64,000 nucleotides of DNA from Camelus dromedarius. Its lineage: Eukaryota. Location: NCBI RefSeq assembly GCF_036321535.1, contig NC_087436.1, forward strand, positions 110,610,001 through 110,674,000, read 5' to 3'. Made by a program: the position numbers and the translations under genes. Shown here piece after piece: positions 60,326-64,000 of this stretch. Position 1 is the first letter of the stretch; the number at the start of each line of letters is the position of its first letter. A model generated the notes under the pieces. It saw only the letters and a program-made list of their open reading frames with translations, was not told the origin of the DNA and did not search any database.

Positions 60326-60964
60326 GACTTATTATATTCCAAAATACATATAAGTAACCCAAACTAGACTCATCTTGTACCATCCAACTGCTATAGCAGG
60401 AAGTCTGCTCCAACCAGTGGACCCAGTTGCCAGTACACTTAAGACTACTCCTTGTGCATAAACATTCTTAAGGACAGCACATAACACCCAGAGCAAATTT
60501 TTAAAATTTCCAAAGCACAGATATCTGATCCTACCCTAACTTTACCCCAACTCCAAAGAGCAGATATAATTTCAGAGATGCTCTGTCTGATGCTGTTCCT
60601 TCTCAGCTCCTCGTCTTCATGAAATAATTACCCCTAATCTCCTTCCACATGAAAGTGAACATTTAGACTTCCTGAACTCATTCCTGAAACAAGGCCAAGA
60701 TATTAATTCACATGCAATCTTTTCCTGGTTTGAACATTCCTCTTTCTATTTCAATTAGAGGAAGCTGGATATATAAAGGGAAAATCAAAAGAGATACATG
60801 AAAATGTTAGGGAATCAAGTCTTTTAAAACTTATCTCATACATGTCTCCTTATAGAAAGTATCCAGTAATTCCCCAGGATAACAGAGGTAATCTCTTGGT
60901 GACAGCATAGCATTTGGGAAAAAATCTCAATGGTAAGCAATTCCATAGTTTTATAATCATATAT

Positions 60965-61367
60965 AGTATAGATTATGCCATGGTAACAAATAACCAAATT
61001 CCAGTGGCTTAAATTAACACAGCAAAGGTTTCCTTCTCACTCAATTCATAATCCAATAAAAGTTGGGTGGCTCTCTTGGGTAGCTCATTTCCAGGCAATG
61101 ACTGAGCTATCCAGGTACCTCCTGTCATGTAAGTTCATCATCAGATGACTACATGACCACATCGTCACATGATCAAACGCATGAACTTTGAAAATAAAGT
61201 TACACTTTAAGACTAGGCCTAGAGATCATGTCTGCCAACATTCCACTAGCCAGAACTGGACACTAGGTCCCAACTCAACAGCATAAAGGAAGCTGAAACG
61301 TGTAGTTTTCCTGAGTTGCCTGTAACAGAAATGGGATTGTTGGACATCTAGCCAGTCCCTGCCACCA
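60965..61367 (-). mobile_element. MLT1J-like MaLR LTR
   Basis: atgccatggtaacaaataacc...cagtggcttaa...acattccactagccagaact...catctagccagtccctgccac. Confidence 0.7.
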
Positions 61368-62864
61368 TGCTCGTTTGCTCACTCCACCCTAAGCTGACTG
61401 CAGACAGGACTTTTCAACATCAATCCTATCAACCTATCACCAACAATAATTGGGAGGGGGGTGCAACAAATATTTATTTTAAAAGTTAACCAAAAAAAAA
61501 AAAAAATCCCTGCCTGTATTCCTGTCCTTCTGGTGAGTTCATTGAGCTGTTTCTTGCTAAAATCTTGGGGAATGTGTTTGTTTTAATAGAAGAAATAACT
61601 CCTCTCTAATTACAGCCTTCTCAACTGCTCGGCCTGGCACAGTGGCTGTCTCCTCCCTCTTTGGTCATTGTGTGAAGCAGGGCAGAGCTAGAGTAAGTTG
61701 TGGAAGTCAGGTCAGAAACAAAACAACAGCAAAATGCCACGGGGCAGAGTGAAGCACCTGCAGTTTATGAGAACATGGGCTAAGAACAAAGAGCAAAGTA
61801 TTTTTGGATCTCAGACCAAAGACAACAACATTCTGATTGGATAAATAGTGCAGGTGGTAGAATCATTCCGATGTCAAAAGAAAGAGGGAATGAAAGGAAA
61901 GATGCAGGACATTTAGCTAGAATAAGAACATAATCTGGTCAAAATTGCTTCTCTTGATAAAGGTTGTTAATTTCTTAGGGTGATATCCAGGAGTGTTCCA
62001 GTTAACCCCTAACCAGAACATAACCACATCTGACATGCTCTGGCAGACCTTTCTTGTTCAGTATTTTTTTTTTCCTTGTCCTGCTTATCATTAAAAAAAA
62101 AAAGGAGCTGAAGCATTCATTGCTGCATTCATTGCTACAGATCTTCCATTTGAACCCACTACTTTATATTATATAACTACCACAGATCCAGTCCTGTGCC
62201 CAAGAGTATGAGATTAAAACAAAGACTACAGTGTAGTCTCTGTGCTCAGATATTTGTCAGTTCATCACAGAGAGGAGGCATTGGATGACATCAATAAGTA
62301 GGCCACTTGAGCCAAAATACACAGAATTAATTGTGTGTATAAGTCAGGATGAGTCCCTTAACCTCTCTGAACCTCAGTGTCCTAATCAACAAAATGAGAA
62401 TATTGACTCAGATGATTCCAAAATGCCCTAAGCAGTCCAAGGTTCTAGGCTACTATGCTCTGTGTTTGATAAAATTGTGATTAAAAGCTTCAGAATCCTG
62501 TCCGGATACAATAGGACCAAAGAGCTTGCTCACTGAGCAAAAGAACTTCTACTACAGATATTGTAGTCTGTGCCTATCTGTTTGGTGGCTTGTCTCTGAT
62601 GTATACCTAAAAGGTCAGCATCTCCTTCAAAATAACGAACAGATGATCCTTCCCTGGGACGTGAGTTCTCTGCATTTACAAAGTCTTAAGCGGTTAGGTC
62701 GCTTAGTGTTCTGATTCCCTGAGCTCCAGTGAAGTGATTTAGTGGCTTGTGTTCCCACTTTCCCTTGTGAGATGGTCTTATGTATGTGCTAAGTTTTCTT
62801 TTCCATCCTGAACATGTTTGCAAATGTGAGCTGCTTTCACTCCTTACAAGAGGGAGAATGGGGT

Positions 62865-63095
62865 GGCCAACAGGGACCATAATCTTTGAAATCAAGCAGA
62901 CCTGGATTTGAACCTCCAAACTGCTGCTTACTAGCTATGTCCCCAGGGACAAATTATTTAACATCTCTGAGATTCAAGCTTTTAAATTTGCATATAAATA
63001 ATAGAGACTTGACAGAATTTTTCTGAAAGAATATACGTGGGGCATATCTAAGATAGTAGATGCTCAAAGAATGGCCATTGGGTTTGTTAATTATT
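62865..63095 (+). mobile_element. MIR SINE
   Basis: cagacctggatttgaacctcc...cttactagctatgt...aattatttaacatctctgag. Confidence 0.75.
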
Positions 63096-64000
63096 GTTAT
63101 TTTAAGGGAGAAAAACTTGTGCTGAGGTTTGGAGATTAAATAAATTAACCAAGTCTCAGCCCACAGAGCTACCACATGGCATGACATTGAAAGCACATCT
63201 GCCTGATTCCATTTTCTATCATTCCCCAACCCTCAGTGATCTTTCTTTCAATGATTTTATTAGACAATATTCCATGTACTCTTACTCTGATCAGAGTTTT
63301 GGAGGGATGTTAAGGGTGGTTTATTATAGAATGAAGCACTACAAATTTCATTAAGTAATAGGTCATTACTTGTTCCAAATGACCTGGCTACTTGGGGGCT
63401 GGGGTCTTCTGACTCAGCATCCAATTCTCTTTGTCTAAGTAGACAATAAATATTTTTAATAGTGACGTTTTTGTCACATTATTAATGACTTTAACACAAT
63501 ATTGTTTTTAATAATAAATTCTTCCAACCCACACACACAGTCTATTTTGTAACAATTTGCATATTTCCATTTTAAAGAAAATAATAATGATTACTTAATA
63601 ATGATTCTGTTCTACTAAAATCTGGATTATAGGCAAACTTGCAGGAAAAAAATCCACAAAGACACGTCAATCTATAAATTGAGAGATCAGGCCATAAACT
63701 CAGCACAAAAACTACTTTTAAGTGTTTTCCAAAGTTGAAAACTAAGAGTATAGGTCTTTTTTTCAGAATAATAAACTAACTTCCCAAATGCAGAACTTAA
63801 GTAGAAGTCTCCCTGAATCTACTGCTCCTCTGTTTAGCTATTTGTATTCCTGACCGAAGCAATACAACATGTCAATGAGAATAATTTCTACCAGCTTATT
63901 ATAAGTCAAGGAAATTGATTGCCAATAATAAGGCATTCCTTAGTATTAAAAGCTTAACCAAAGACTGGAGCCAAAATCTCTTCCAAAGCAGCAGAACATA

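Noticed and set aside
62113..62136. Tandem 12-bp duplication GCATTCATTGCT x2 (a similar one lies at ~8625-8644)
   Set aside because: Ordinary replication-slippage microduplication.
1..64000. Identification of a specific host gene or locus
   Set aside because: No recognisable coding exon; naming a gene would require alignment to an annotated genome.

Overview
AT-rich, CpG-depleted mammalian genomic DNA, intronic or intergenic. It is most likely from a camelid (camel, alpaca or llama), based on a Vic-1-type tRNA-derived SINE at 5314-5437 and the young L1 3' UTRs. I recognise no protein-coding gene, RNA gene, CRISPR array or prokaryotic system. The supplied ORFs are L1 ORF1/ORF2 remnants, low-complexity artefacts or chance ORFs. 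A large fraction of the window is interspersed repeat: young and old L1s (including a nested cluster at ~8.3-12.4 kb and a decayed 5'UTR-ORF1-ORF2 L1 at ~40.9-45.5 kb), L2, MIR, MaLR/ERVL/ERV1 solo LTRs, hAT and Tigger MITEs, and a probable ancient RTE/L4 LINE endonuclease relic. The best leads are modest: a very young TSD-flanked L1 that forms an inverted pair with a tail-less L1, candidate cis-regulatory modules (HNF1/GATA/FOXA, RFX X-box, CTCF, SOX, E-box/G4), and a candidate 16-nt minus-strand microexon. Repeat subfamily names come from my recall of consensus sequences. Boundaries of old repeats are approximate and need RepeatMasker/Dfam confirmation. I do not find convincing evidence of a novel biological system.
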